From the NCBI GenBank assembly GCA_964016885.1, contig OZ024752.1, forward strand, positions 30,380,001 through 30,444,000: a DNA stretch of 64,000 bases. Direction: 5' to 3'. A program made the position numbers and the translations under genes. The notes under the pieces are model-generated. The model made no database searches. It saw nothing but the letters and a program-made list of their open reading frames with translations, and had not been told where the DNA came from. How positions within the stretch are numbered: the stretch's first letter is position 1; every line of letters begins with the position of its first letter. This stretch comes from Eledone cirrhosa (taxonomy: Eukaryota). Below, piece after piece: positions 12,866 through 27,592 of the stretch.

Positions 12866-13766
12866 TCAAATGCATATACATACATATTACATATGTATCC
12901 ACACACACATATATTCAAACGTTTACATATGTACACACACGTGCACAGACATGTATTTAAACATATATATATATGTACACACACACATCATCATCATCAC
13001 TGTTTTATGTCCATTCTTCCACACTAGCATGGGTTAGACGAGTTGTCCTGTTGTGGGCAGTGCCAGGTCAGGTGATCATGTCTTGCTCATATGAGAACAG
13101 ATTTTGGCTTGATTTCTACAGCTGGATGCTCTTCCTAACACCATATATATATATATTCAAACAACACACACATACAAAAACAACAAATAAGCACATACAC
13201 GCACACAAACAATATACACACACATGCACACACAAACAGAGGTGTAAATTTACTATTTAATGTAAAAGGTCCAGTGCTCAACCTGAAAAGGTTGAAAGTG
13301 TTCACCAAAGTGTTCACCATTGATAGTTTGTGAACTCTTGTATACCATTAACTGCACTTTAATCTCCAACATTGAGTCACTACCAGCAGAAGTAGGTGTG
13401 TGGTTTGACAGTGGCAGCAGCAGCAATAACCACCTGGTTCACATGTGCTGCACATGTGCTGCATATGTGCTGCATATGTACAACATCTATGGTTGAATCT
13501 GTGGCTCCTGTATTGGACATACATTGTATATATTTGTGTGTGTGTATATATTTGTATATTTATTAAAGGTAAACACAGGGTAGCTACAGCTATGATCTAG
13601 CTGTTGAAAGGGCTGGAGCTCAGCCGCCGGGGTCCTGAATCTTTTCATATTATCCACCCCAGGTATTGCGCACTCTAGTGGGTTATGGCCTATATATATT
13701 TATATATATCCATATGTGGTTGAGGGTTGAGAGAAAGGAGTACTCAATACCGAAGTAGATTTTTGC

Positions 13767-13893
13767 TATTCATTTTATTAAGGCTAAATAGTGAGTCTTG
13801 TTGCTCTGGAGTTTCACCTGTTGATGTCCCTGTGATAAACAGGTGGAACTCTAGACTAACAAGACTCACTATTTAGCCTTAATAAAATGAATA
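13767..13893. repeat. Inverted repeat with 56-bp arms and a 15-nt spacer
   Basis: Outer 36 bp are perfect (tattcattttattaaggctaaatagtgagtcttgtt); 4 mismatches in the inner 20 bp. Confidence 0.95.
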
Positions 13894-15790
13894 TATGTAT
13901 ATGTGTATATATATATGCACACACACATACACAAAATAACACTACCACAAGATGCTTTGCACACCTATGGCATTGTAACACCATATCACTTACTCAATGC
14001 TAGCTGGGACTACGCCCAACTACGTCTACACAACCCACCATACCTATAAACATATTGCTTGAGATCACCAATGCAATACATATTATTTACTAGATTTATG
14101 GAGTGATTACATCAGCTTGAGTTAATTTTTAGTCTAATTTTATTTTCTTGGTGGATAGTGTGTTTAAGGATGCATGAATGACAGCTATTGAATATAATGT
14201 TTCTACAAAGTATATAGGGCTGTTTACCCTGAGGCCTTAATCTTTGATAGAAACCAGATATCGAGGGTGATTGTGGCCTGACAAAGTCCATCCTCTTAGT
14301 ACCAGTATAGTGGATTTAGTTATATTTTATGTTATCATCTTTCTTTGAGATGATTAAATTTGGCTATTGTATTTTTGTGGTAAAGGCTTTATCTTAATTA
14401 TCTCACATAATATCCAATCTATGAGATTTTGATATTATTCATTTTGAGAACAATACCTTAATATCAGTATGAGTGGCCAGTTTTGGTCAGTTTGAACAGA
14501 AAGAGGTGAGAGTATTCTGCTGGATATGGCTGGTTTAAATGCTAAGGGTTAAATCTATTTCATGGTTATGAATTTTAGATTTTGTTGTTTAGGCATGAAA
14601 TGTTTAGGGTATGATTTTCTTGTAGAGGATGTTGGTTTTGTGTATTAAGACACTTCAAATAATTGGAGGTTATATCTTATTTGAAACGATTGTAAAAGAA
14701 AAAATATGTTTTTTTGATAAGTATAATTTTTCCATTAATACGTCCGCTTTTCCCTGCTTGCAAAGGTGGGACAGGTCCTATTCAGCACAGCATCTCTCTA
14801 TTTGTCACGGTCCTTCATCATCTCCTCCGTGAGCTTCAGCGATCTGAGGTCAGCTCTCACCACCTCCACCCGTGATTTTCATGGTCTTCCTCTACTGTGT
14901 CTTCCTTCTGCTCATTCACTTATACATTTGTTGTGATTTAAGTATATACACTTTAAAGTTTTCAGTATATATGCTTGTGGTAAGTGTCTAATCTTATATT
15001 TGTGTTCCATTTTCTCATACAAATTCAAGTGGATATCACTGATTCTTATCGCATGAGCTTCACATCCACAGCATGAAATTATGGTGTTGATTCACATACA
15101 TAGTTATATGTTCAAACTTCTGTGCATAGGAATACACATACATCCACACATACATTCACATATATTAAACTGAAGCTAAAATGAATAAAGACTTCAACAT
15201 AAAATTGCACCATATATATTGCTATAATGAATGATGTAAATGTATTAATTTGATAATTTGATACTCTTAATTAAATAATCCGATCTTTCATTATATCGCT
15301 GAATGAAATGAGGTTTCTTAGAAATGTTTAATGAAAGTGTAGATTCAGACATAATGGCTGTATGAAAAGAATTCTAAAAATGTGTATCTATTCACTTTAG
15401 GAATCATCTTCATATAGTGATTGTCTTCATTCACACTCTGTTTCCATATCTATTCTCTATCCAATCTTCAAGTTAATTGTCAAATTAAATGTTAAAATAA
15501 TTGAATTTCGTTTTTCTGCCTGATTATCTAGTTTTGAAAATCAGTGAAAAACTCTAATTAAATAAGAAACTGTTATATTTATTATTTATTTATTTGTTAG
15601 GGTCAAATTTAAATCACACCTCTGTGAACTGGTCACTGATACAATTCTCATCAGGTCACTGAGGTGTAAAGGAAAATTTTGACACCATGAAATAAATGGA
15701 AAATGAAATGTAACAGTTTTCATTTCTTTTTTAAACAGTTTTTTGTTTTTTTTTATGGTTAGAATTGCTCTTCCATTATGTAATTGCTTC

Positions 15791-16020
15791 GGTGGATTGG
15801 CAGTATCGGTAGAGGGTCAGACGCCATGTTAGGGCGGTAGATTGGCAGTATCGGTAGAGGGTCGGACGCCATGCTTTCTAGCATAGTTACGTCCCTTTAC
15901 GATCGGAGTCCAAATCCCGCTGAGGTTGACTTTGCCTTTCATCCTTACGGGGTCGATAAAATAAAGTACCAGTAATGCACTGGGTAATTGCTGGCCTTGT
16001 GCCTAAAGTAGAAACAATTA
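15791..16020 (+). mobile_element. tRNA-derived Meta-like SINE with duplicated 5' head and 16-bp TSD
   Basis: attatgtaattgcttc flanks both sides; A box tggcagtatcgg is present twice; core gactttgcctttcatccttacggggtcgataaaataaagtacc. Confidence 0.9.
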
Positions 16021-18656
16021 TGTAATTGCTTCAGTTTCAACACACAGTGTCAGATCAAGTCACATACAACTCCAAAACAAGTGCTGTTACCCATCTTTTT
16101 TCCATTCAGTGGGTTTATACTTCCTATTATAGACTGTTATTTAGTCAAATGCAATTTAATCTTTTAGTAATACTGAATCCGTTTTGAATCTTTTCTTTAA
16201 TTAGCCCCTTATATCTTTCTTTTTATTTGAGTCAACCATGTGAATGTTTGAATATAAATGTTTTATTTTTAATTCTAATTTCTGCATCATTGATATCAAA
16301 TGGAGCAGAAATTGCAGGAATATTTCCAGCTCTGCTCTTGTCTACAATGCTACATTGTATCTAAAATAGTGAACTCTATCGCATATTTTCTGTAACCCTT
16401 TAACATTTAAACTGGCCATATCCAGCTAGAATTCTCTCGCCTCTTTCTGTTCAAGCTGGTCATAACCGGCTGCTCATACCGATGTTAAGGTATTGTCCTC
16501 AAAATAAATAATATCAAAATCCCATAGATTCGATGTTATGTGAGGTAAAGCCTTTTCTGTGAAAATACAATAGTAGATATAGAGTAATGTGAATGCTAAA
16601 GTGTTAATGCAAATTATTAGCTGTGTGGAATAATTCATTAACATTTCATTAAAACGTTATGAGATCTTGACTTTGTCAATTTTTGAAATATTTGTACTAT
16701 GAGTCTTATACATTATTCCTTTATATCTTGAAAGTAGCTAACAATTAAATTAGGGGTTGTAGAGGTTAACAGTTTCAACTATATACTATATATAGTTCCA
16801 TTGACAAGATCCCAGACCTCATTTGCTTACCGAGTGGGGTAGACCAAGGAAACAGTTGGTCTTTCAATTGCTGATGCTATCTACTGGTTGCAACTCCTGG
16901 CACTAAGATGAACACCATTAATCTCAACACAAGTTCTAAGTAGTTATGACTTTACAATGAGATATGGAAAGTAAATTCAGAATTTAGTTTATTTTTAATT
17001 TGGAAGAAAAACTATAGAATGGATGCAATTGTATCTTAAGCACACTAGCACTTGGGCAAATAATGAATAGATTGAAAATAGACTCTCCACATATATTACT
17101 AAATCGATAAGATTTGTTAATTAGGTGATTCAATGATTGGAGGAAGTGAAATTAGGTTGCACCAGCTAGGGTAGGTGAGGAAAAGGGTTAGGCACTTTTC
17201 CATTTCTAACTCCCTATCTTCCCCCAACCTGTCCATAAAAAGAGTTATTTTACCATATGTAGAATTAGAAATGTAACCCTAATCATGACTTGTGAAGTTA
17301 GGGTGCTTGCATCAAATGAAGAACTTTGAGTAGAGCCCATCAGTTATACTTTTTGCCTCCTTCAGTGAGTGATAACCTGAGTACAAAGAAGATGAGAAAG
17401 CAATGTTAAAAGTATTTATTAGTGTCAGTTGGGAAAATATCAGTGCTACTTATTAATGAATGGATACTGTTTATATGAGGTGAAATGTTGCCACAAGAGG
17501 GTAGAAAACCTTCTGGTTTCAGTTAGGCTGGAAAGACTTGGCATAGTGTAATTAGAAGAAACTTTTGTTTGATATAGAACTTCTCTGATACTTAGCTATT
17601 GATTTAGATAGAAGAAATGTAGTTATTGATTTATATAGAAGAAATGTAAATAACAAAAAATGGTCATTAAACTTATAATTTATTGTGAACAGATATAAAA
17701 TTTATTTACTTCAAAGTTTACCTTCAAATCAACTTTATTTCTCAACTTAAAATAATTTACTCTTTCATATGTTTGTAATGAAAACCTTTTCATTTATTCA
17801 GTTAACTACTTTTCATTTTATTTATTCATCTTTATTTTTATTTGTTGTATAAATTTGACATTTGGTGACATTTTCTATCAGTTTACAGTTTTTTTTCTCT
17901 CTCTGACATTTAAGCAAGATGATTCATTGATCAAATATATTTTTATAGGTGTAGGCATGGATTCCCACACATTTAAATTTAAAGTAATAATGAATTGATT
18001 CTACAGTGGCTGAAATTTTTTTTAGGTGTCACTGTTAAGGAATGTCTAAATTCTTAAGAACTGTTTTGCTGAATTTAAACATTTTTCTTGTAAAATAATT
18101 ATAATCTGACATACTTCTGTGAATAATTATTTTATAAATTGGACAATTATGAAAACAAAGTCTGGTCTTCTTTATCTTTATTTTTGATCATCTTCTCCAA
18201 CTCAATTCAATCATTTTGAACTCAATACTGATTACTTTGTCTATTATTTCATAATATTGATTCTTTATTCATTCCAATTATTAATTTATATGATATGATT
18301 ATTCTTTTTGATTCTTTAGATTTTTTTTGTTTAATCGTGTTTTAAATTTTTATATATCATTTCTTTTTGTAGTCTGTACTCATATACTCATCATTGTTTT
18401 TAAGACCTGCCCCCCTCCCCCACACACACAACCACACATACTCCTAAAGCACTTAAACTTATTGAACACATATAGGGATAATGCTCCAAGAAAGATGGAT
18501 GAAATATTGAATTAAACTCTAATTATTTTTTTAAAATTTCAATTTCATCTTCAAATTCAATTTCTCAATGATAGAGTAAGTGTATATTTTATAATACTTC
18601 CGATATATATAGGTGTCTATATAATACTTATATATATAAATAGATATCTATATAGG

Positions 18657-18715
<59 letters not shown>

Positions 18716-19083
18716 TATATATATAGTTACCTACATATATATATGTAGGTATCTATATATATAATACTTCCGATATATTGGGATAAGCTAAAATGCAGAT
18801 GGCTATTTGTTCGTCTTTTCTTTGTTACATACTTCACAAAATTTATATTCTTACCAGAAAGTAAATCAGTATTTAATCATTTTAAAAAACAAATTGATTT
18901 GTTCAAGGAAACTTTTTGCCTGGAGTTAGTTAACAGGAAAAATTAGTAGCAGTTAACTTTTAAAAATACTGCAAAATACTCAAATTTAATTTTTAATTTT
19001 GTAACTTAAATCTAAATCTAAACCTTTTGTAATTTCGAAATTTTATCGTAGCTTCTTGAGTAGTTACAGTCTTAAAGAATATT

Positions 19084-19291
19084 TACTGTATATACTCGGA
19101 TATACGAGGAATATGTGACCAAAAAATCGATGGTTGAAGAGGGTTGGCTTATATTTGAGGTCAATTTTTTGACAATTTTCACCAGCTTCAAATTATCCAT
19201 AAATAAGATTCCTATTTTTGCCAATTTCTCAAACATAAAATAGTGGGGTCGACTTATATTTGTATTGGCTTATATTCAAGTATATACGGTA
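19084..19291. mobile_element. Tc1/mariner-pogo-type MITE with TA flanks
   Basis: TA-ctgtatatactcggatata ... tatattcaagtatatacgg-TA; related degenerate copy at ~33065-33265. Confidence 0.7.
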
Positions 19292-19338
19292 GTTCTCTTT
19301 ATTTTGCTATAAATTAGTAACATGGAACGGTACAGTTT

Positions 19339-19568
19339 TTAACCCTTTAGCATTTACATTACTCTATATATACTATTGTATTTTTATGGTAAAGGCTTTA
19401 TCTCACATAATTATCTTACATAATATTGAATCTATGAGATTTTGATATTATTTATTTTGAGAACCATACCATAACATCAGTATGAGCATTCGTTTATGGC
19501 CAGTCTGAACAGAAAGAGGTGAGATAATTCTAGTCGGATATGGCCAGTTTAAATGCTAAAAGGGTTAA
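19339..19568 (-). mobile_element. piggyBac-type MITE, reverse orientation
   Basis: TTAA-ccctttagcatttacatt ... tttaaatgctaaaaggg-TTAA. Confidence 0.9.
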
Positions 19569-22500
19569 GCAGTATATCTATATAATTTATGAGTGCTTTA
19601 GCTTGTATAGTTGAGCTCATTCTACTGAAGAAATGGATTCCACTATTTAAATGTTATCCAAGACATATCCTAAATTGCACATCAACAATTCTTGTTGGAA
19701 TTCTTCTCCACTAGAAACAAAATGAAGTAACATTCCTTTCTGTATATAAACAACATTGTTTTAAGTATATATGAGCAACATCTACAACTAAATTGTCTAC
19801 ATTTTCTGGTTATATTGCTTAGAATTAGTTATTTAAAGTATCTCTCTATTGCTCTAAGTTAATTTGCTAAAAAAAAAATCAAAAAAAATCTGAAGGAAGT
19901 TTTAAAAATTTTGAATAGCTTATGTAAAAATAAATTCCAGAATCATTAGTAATATTTCCAACTCATAAGATTAGCAACACTTTTAAGAATATCTAACAAT
20001 AGCTCAATTAATGAAGGTGATACGTTCCACCTTTTTACTACACTATCAGAAACTTCATTATCAGAGGAAGGTACAATGTAGTTTTAATGCAGATTAGTTC
20101 TTTTAATTCTCAAAATAAATATATGCTTATTTTTAAAATGGGTATCTAGAATGCCTCTACATATGTAGAAAAAATCTATTGAACAAGGTTATATGTAATT
20201 CAGCCAAAAAGTATTCATACTTTATATATATATATATAAACAATCCTTTAAACAAAATTATACATAATGTACTCTTCTATAGTATATGCAACAAGTACAA
20301 AATACATAAAGTAAAATACTAATTGTACTATTGGTTTTGTTAGATTGACTGCTTTGCCTTCTTATGAAACTGTAATTCTTGCATATAAAACAATTCACCA
20401 TTACAATTACAGATGTTTTAACTTTCATACTTCAATAAAAATCCAAATAAAGTAGTAGTCTAGTTAATGTGAAGCATTGTGAGATATGTAATAAATAACA
20501 GAAAGCTAGTACAATGTTGTATATAAAGGACAAATAAAATAATGATAAACAAAGAATTACTTAAATACCAAGTCTCTGCTGAGACAGGCTTTTGATGCTT
20601 TATACTGTTGCCTTTCTTTTGGGATAAGCTTTAGTGAGTGCTTTCAAAATAATCCATATTTATATACATTAAAAACTAAATTTAATGTATATTTACATCT
20701 TTCTATAATGTCCCCCCTCCTCATGTGGATTAGTGGTTAGAAATTTCGATTCACAATCGTGAGTTTGTGACTTTGATTCTCAGTTGGGGTGATGTATTGT
20801 GTCCTTGAGCAAGACACTTTATTTCATACTGCTCTTTCTCTCAAGAGTTGCTGCTAGTAGATAGTATCAACAATGGCAACATTGTTTCCTTGGTACGATT
20901 TGACAAGTTCCACCCAACTCAATAAGCAAGTGAGCTCTGAGATCTTGATGATTGATTCCTTTAATACCACTCAATACTGCTAGAAATTCCAATGCAGCCT
21001 GGATGCTAGCACTTGCTAATTCTTGTATTATCTGAATACTGTGGAAATTGAACCGTTTTCTTTTTTTTTTTTTTTTTTTTTAACTTTTCAAACCATCCAC
21101 CATAAACAATGTACATTTGAGTGACTTTTTCAGCTTCTTGTTTCAACTACTTAAAAGCATTTAATACCTTTTTCTGACTTGGAAGAGTATTGAGTTATAC
21201 TGTGAAATATCACCCACTTAACATTTTCTCTATAACTCTACTGTTTCACTTGAATTTTGCATGTAAAATTTTTGTTCTGTTTGAATTATTTTGGATTTTC
21301 AAATTGCTGTTGACACACAGAGTAGAATTTTCTAATGTCAGTGTTAATAATGCAACAAAGTGCTTCCTTATAAGGAAGCCCAAATTTAAGCATAAAATTC
21401 GGAAACTGCAATGCAATAAAAATATCCTTTTTTATGATTTGGGTTTTTAATATTTGACTTTCTTAAAATAAAATGAGGAGTTTTATATATTTAAAAGAAG
21501 GTTTTGATCACATAGGTAACATAAAATGAGGTGTTGTATATATTTAAAGTCTTAATATTTATTAACTTCCCTTTTCTGAAAACTGATTATAATTTATATT
21601 TTATATTTCCTCAATTTTTATTTGTTGTTTTGTGAAATTTAATTTTTCTAATATGAGTTAGCTTTTTTTTTAGTTAATCTAACATAACTTTAAAATGACG
21701 TCATTTTAGAATTCACATTGTCTACTGTGCACTCTTTTCTTTCTGGCAACTTGTACCTGATGTCTAAATTACTACACATACAGCCAAATAGCTTGCCAAA
21801 TCACCTTTTTAAGAAAGAAAATATTGCTCAACTTTGTGCAGTCAGTGTAAACTCTAGATCAATGACCGTATCACTAACACTACTATATAACTTGTTTAAA
21901 TAATAGAATTCAACTGCTGTAAGAGTAAAGGGCTTCCACACAGTATCGGTAGAGCATCAGACACCATGCCTTGCAACAGAGAGTTATGGCTTTTTATGTC
22001 CTGAGTTCAAATCCCGCCGAGGTTAACTTTGCCTTTCATTCTTACAGGGTCGATAAAATAAATACCAGTAATGCACTGGGGTAATTGCACTGGAGTAATT
22101 GCTGGCCTTCTGCCAAAAGTAGAAACGATTATTAGATCAATATCAAGAGCACATGCCATCCACTCCTTATGTTTAAATTTCATATATATATTACAGCAAT
22201 ATTAAGTGTATAGGACTTCCGTTCCTTATGTCTAAATTGTATATTATTATTACATCAAAGAGTACAGGGCTTCCACTCTCTAGGTTTAAATTACTTAATT
22301 ACATCAATACACAGTGAACTAGAAATGTCAATTCAGTGTCAGTCTTAATTAAATGTTACTATATCTTTTGTTCAACAATCTTTTTCACATTACTTACTTC
22401 TAGTCTTTTCACTATTGACCTGTGAAGACTATTTTTCTCTTAATCAATAAACAATAAAATATTAAGGGACCTCTTCATTAGTTTAGAAGAAATAATCAAT

Positions 22501-22627
22501 GTCTTACTGTGCTGATTAATGAATCTTTAAAACCTCTTCTAAGAGTGTAATCTATATAAATAGATTACAATAGTGGTTCCACTAGAAAATAAGATGGTTT
22601 GTTACTTTTGTCTTTTAAATTCAAAAG

Positions 22628-22855
22628 TTAACCTTTTAGCATTTAAACCAGCTGTATCCGGCCAGAATTCTCTCACCTCTTTCTGTTCAAACCAGCTGTA
22701 ACCAGCTACTCATATTCATGTTAATGTATTGTTCTCAAAATAAATAATATCAAAATCTCATAGATTCAATATTATGTGAGATAATTATGTGAGATAAAGC
22801 CTTAACTTGAAAATATGATAGTAAATATAGAGTCATGTAAATGCTAAAGGGTTAA
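22628..22855 (+). mobile_element. piggyBac-type MITE
   Basis: TTAA flanks and TIR cc(c/t)tttagcattta. Confidence 0.9.
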
Positions 22856-25834
22856 ACAAGATCTATCACATATTACACTTCACTGTAGCTTTAACTGCAG
22901 TGTTAGATGTTCAACTATTTATGATTACCATCTACAAGTTGTTAGTTTAGGAAATGTTAATTATGTAAATTTTGTAAAAAAAAAAAAAATATTTAACTTG
23001 GTTAAAAATGGATATAAAAATATTCTGGTAAGTTGAAAACAGGCTTCCTTTTTATAATGCTAATGTGTGATTTTGAACATTTTCTTACAAGCAGCTAAAA
23101 GCAAAAATATTACAGCTGGGTGTCTTATTTTAATCCTTTTGTTACTATCTTTCTCATCAAAGACCTGTCTATAATTTTCAAATCATTTGAAAATAAACAA
23201 GAATTTGGAAATGTTTATACTTTGCCTTAAAAGCTCCTGCATCTTGAGACACATGAAATAGCCAAAGTGCTCCAATGACCATGGTCAGATGCATCTATCA
23301 ATACATCATTCCAAAGTTTGTTGAAAGGTTTCAGATCTCTGTCAATTGTCTACCACCTGTTCATCTTGGGACATCCTCATCACTTCTTTCCATGGGGGCA
23401 CCAATACAGGACCTGATAAGCATGTCTCTAACTTGGAAGTTGTGTGACATGTCTCAACCATCCAAGAAATCGTTCATATAGTTATGATGTAAAGTTTTTA
23501 GATAAATATAAATACTTTAAAATATACAGCTTAGTATCATTGAAACAGACAGTTTCAGGTGGTTTGGTATTAACAAATGTTGATATCAATCACATAATAT
23601 CAGTCTTCTCATGCTCTACAAGGTTTCAAAAGTTTCTTGAATACTAAAACTTATTTTGATTAATTGTTGTCATATTGATAAGAAGTGTTGAAAGCTATTG
23701 TACATATCATTTCATCATCATCATCAAATAAAATTGATATGGTTTGATTCTTAGAATGGAAATCTGTTAACTATGATTTTTATTCACCAGTTTATTATTA
23801 TTATTAGGGTGGTAGATTGGCAGTATTGGTAGAGTATTGGACAACATGCTTTGGGGTATATTTACGTCCCTTTACGTTCTGAGTTTTAATCTTGCCAACG
23901 TTAGCTTTGCCTTTCATCTTATTGGGTTGATAAAATAAAGCACTATTAATGCACTGTAGTTGATTTAAATGACTTCCCCTTCTCCAAAACTGTTGGCCTT
24001 GTGCCTAAATCAGAAACCATTATTATTATTAGCTTTGTCTTTCATCTTTACGAGGCTTGATAAAATAAAGTACCAGTAACTCATGATTTAAATGACTTTC
24101 CCTTCACTTTAAATTGCTGGCCTTGTGCCAAATGTAGAAACAATTGTTGTTGTTGACTGCTATGCTCCATTTGGATATTTAGGGATTTTCTAAGCAAATG
24201 TATCATCTTTTTCATGAATGGAAATTTGTTCCTGTAAAATTCTTGTCCATCACCTAAAGAAATGCACCTGTTACCTTTTAGTTTTTCAGTTTCCTCCATT
24301 TATCCTTTTGTTTGAAAAACAAAGGAATGAATAGAAACTTGTTGAAATATCATAATCTTTGATATGAAGAAGATGAGGAGGAAAAGAGAAAGGGAAGAAG
24401 TCATTAGAGGAGGTTGCAGGAGAGAGTAAAAGACAGGCAGTTTCACTGATCACCAAAGACAGACATAAAACCACGACAATGCAAAAATATGGTAGAACTA
24501 TTTTTAACAGCAGCCGCAATAATGATACAAAGTATAATACATTGACGATAAACTACAACAGTGCTGTTTATTCTGATAAAATTGGTTTTTCAGCTTTGTT
24601 GGATACAAAGGCAAATAAGAGTAACAACAATAACAACTGCCATAACAGGGGCAATGAAAATGAAAGTAAAGTTATGAAGAAGAAAAATCTCATGACAATG
24701 ACAACCATATAATTCCCAGACAAATTATTTCTGAATTGTCAACCAGTGACACGTCAATCACCACCAGCAGCAACAACAACAATAATAACAGTTCTTAGAA
24801 CATCATTAATGGCTATTGGAAAAGTTAACTCATTCATGGGAATTATGAAGAAAGTTGAACAGATTTGTTTGAACCAAAGATTTGCAAATTTGATTATGCC
24901 TCCTGCCTTCTATCACTCATGAACATGGCCTCAAGATACTTAACTTCTGTAATTATGAGTAAAAAAATTGAGCATCTGGAGTATTGTGAGGTGTTCAATG
25001 CCCTCCACCTTTCAGGCAATGTGATAGGGGGACTAGTTATGGAGAATAACAACATCCTCAGGGAAATACTAGACATCAATAAAACAAAACTGTGGCTAGG
25101 AGATTTGCTAAATTTTTCCAAATATTATTTCATTCTGTAAGCCTGTTCTAACCAAACTTAAACATTACAATGTGGAAGATAGACTTTTCAAACCTTTTAT
25201 AAGAGGGTATCATGAAACCAAGGAGTTTACTTTGGTGGGTACAAGTGGGGACATGTTTTGGTTGTTACTGGCAGTTCTTGTAAGAATTTGCTTTAGAAAA
25301 ATTTCTCTCGACCCCTTTTACATTCAGTTTCTGTATAGATGTTCTGATAGTGATATATCTGACCATAAATATTATTGCAAAATTGATCTAATACTTCTTT
25401 TCAAGTTGATATAATACCTATGGAAAGACAATCTGTGTCAATTTATTAGAGTTACAGGTGCTTTGGTTGTTTATGAACTATGCCAAAGGATCTGTTCCTA
25501 CTCTCTGAAAATCAGTCTGTTAATTTTGTTCAGATATTAAACATGTTGTTATAGTTACTAGCAACAAGGATTTGTATTTTAATATTGAAACAAATTCTAC
25601 TGATGACATTATTGCTGCAATATTATCACAATGTGGCATTTTTCTCAAGATCCTTAAACAATTCTTAAAAAAAACAAAGAAACTCTACATCATCAAAAAG
25701 GTTTATACATTTCTATAAACTGAGAGAAAATTGACAAATTTCTCCATTAATTAAAAATTAGTCAACCACAAGTGCTTAGGAAATTTGCTAACCTTTTCCA
25801 AATCTCATTCCATTTTTTGAAACTAGCATGAAAC

Positions 25835-26212
25835 ATGGCTTAGTGGTTAGAGCACTGGCCTTGCAATCGAAAGGTTGTGAGTTCAATTCTCAGACTGGGT
25901 GATGTGTTGTTTCCTTGAGCAAGACACTTTATTTCACATTGCTCCAGTTTACTCAGCTGTAGAAATGAGATGATAGGGACTGGGGTCCCTATCATTCCAC
26001 TGCAAAGTGGCCATGGAGGTGCCATGGCAAAAAAAGCACCCAGCCCACACTGTAAAGTGGACGTGTAGGCGCCACAGAAAAAAAAGCACCCAGCACTCAC
26101 TGTAAATGAGGTTGGTGTTAGGAAGGGCATCCAGCTGTAGAAATCAAGCCAGAATCGGTTCCCGTCCCACCCTTGCAAGCAGGGAAAAGCGGACGTATGA
26201 TGATGATGATGA
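25835..26212 (+). mobile_element. Full-length tRNA-derived SINE (V-like core, internal hairpin, (TGA)n tail)
   Basis: A box tggcttagtgg, B box gagttcaattc, hairpin atgatagggac-tggg-gtccctatcat, tail tgatgatgatga. Confidence 0.88.
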
Positions 26213-26369
26213 TTATTATTTCAATAATGAACATAGCATTATCTAATGTTCCTTTAAAAATAGAGTGCAGTGGCATGAAGAAATGTTATTGCAATACTAG
26301 ATGTACCATTAGCCAAGATTTAGCAAGGACAGCAGATGTTAAATGATGATGATTATCTTAAAACTAAGG

Positions 26370-27000
26370 AGTTTGAGTAGAGAGATTACCTTGATGTCCA
26401 GCAGCAGCATTCTTGAGGATGGATGAATAAACTGGTTTCTTCTGACTAGTTCAACTCCTACTTCCTTGAATACTTTTAGCTTCCCAGCAATTAGTTCAGA
26501 TAGTCCCACAGCTTTACCATTTTTTCATCTCCTTGATTGCTTCTTTAAGCCTATAACTATTCAATAGCTGGTCTCTGTATTGGTTCAATTGGAGTAGTCT
26601 CCTTTCTTCCCATTCATTCTCCACATTCATTAACCTCTCAGTAGCATTTCCAGGCATCTTTCTTTTGAGTATCAGCGATGCTAAGTGCACCAGTATCATT
26701 TTGAAGACACTTTTCTACAACCATATCTTACACATTGACTTGCAATACAGAACACCTCACATATCTGATCTTCATGTCACAAGACATTGGCAAACCTCCT
26801 TCTTTCAGCCTCTTTTCATGCTATGTATACCTGTTGCCTAACTTCTCTGTTAGCTATTAGGTACCAGTCTCTGCTGCTCCCACTTTTCCAGTCTTTCCAC
26901 ACTTGTATCTGAACTTTAATGGCTTTATCTACTGGGCTCTTCCACCACCATGCCATCCTCTCTGTGGCTGGTGCTTTGTTCCAGCCACATGTCTTATCAG
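26370..27000 (-). mobile_element. Decayed RTE-like LINE fragment
   Basis: WWW..VDKAIK, ERLMNVENEWE, EAIKEMK in broken ORFs. Confidence 0.7.
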
Positions 27001-27401
27001 TGGTCTGTAGAGTAAATACAAAAAAATAAATGTCTGATAAATGACAATAATGTCTTTGTGTCTTCATATTCATCCATGAGTATTAACAATTTTTAGAAAG
27101 CTATTTATCTATAAAAACTGTTATGTCCTTTACATCCTCTTCCACCACCACACCAGCTATGAACTGTTGATGATATATCTTTTTTAAATCAATTAGAAAC
27201 ATATTTCTGATACTTTCATAATCACAATGTTTAACTCACAGATGAATGATAAAGACAAAAGAAAACGGTTCCGTTATTCATAAGATACGATAGATAGATT
27301 AATCTAGTAATAGTAATATATATGAGAGTACCCCAGAATGGCCTCAGCCTGTCAGCTGGCACATGTAATAGAGTTATAGAGTATTATATATATATTATAT
27401 T

Positions 27402-27592
27402 GGCGGTGGATTGGCAGTATCGGTAGAGGGTCGGACGCCATGCTTTGATGCATAGAGTTACGGCCCTTGCTATTCTGAGTTCAAATCCCGCCGAGGTTAA
27501 CTTTGCCTTTCATCCTTACGGGGTCGATAAAATAAAGTACCAGTAATGTACTGGGTAATTTCTGGCCTTGTGCCAATAGTAGAAACAATTAT
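27402..27592 (+). mobile_element. Young Meta-like SINE, subfamily A
   Basis: ggcggtggattggcagtatcgg..gcatagagttacggcccttg..gagttcaaatccc..; attatatatatattata flanks both sides. Confidence 0.9.

Noticed and set aside
24865-25480. Coding-like + strand stretch
   Set aside because: Broken frames and no motif I can identify; possibly an old transposon remnant, which would need tBLASTx to resolve
25835-25900. tRNA gene candidates at SINE heads
   Set aside because: A/B boxes are present but there is no complete cloverleaf, and they run into SINE cores
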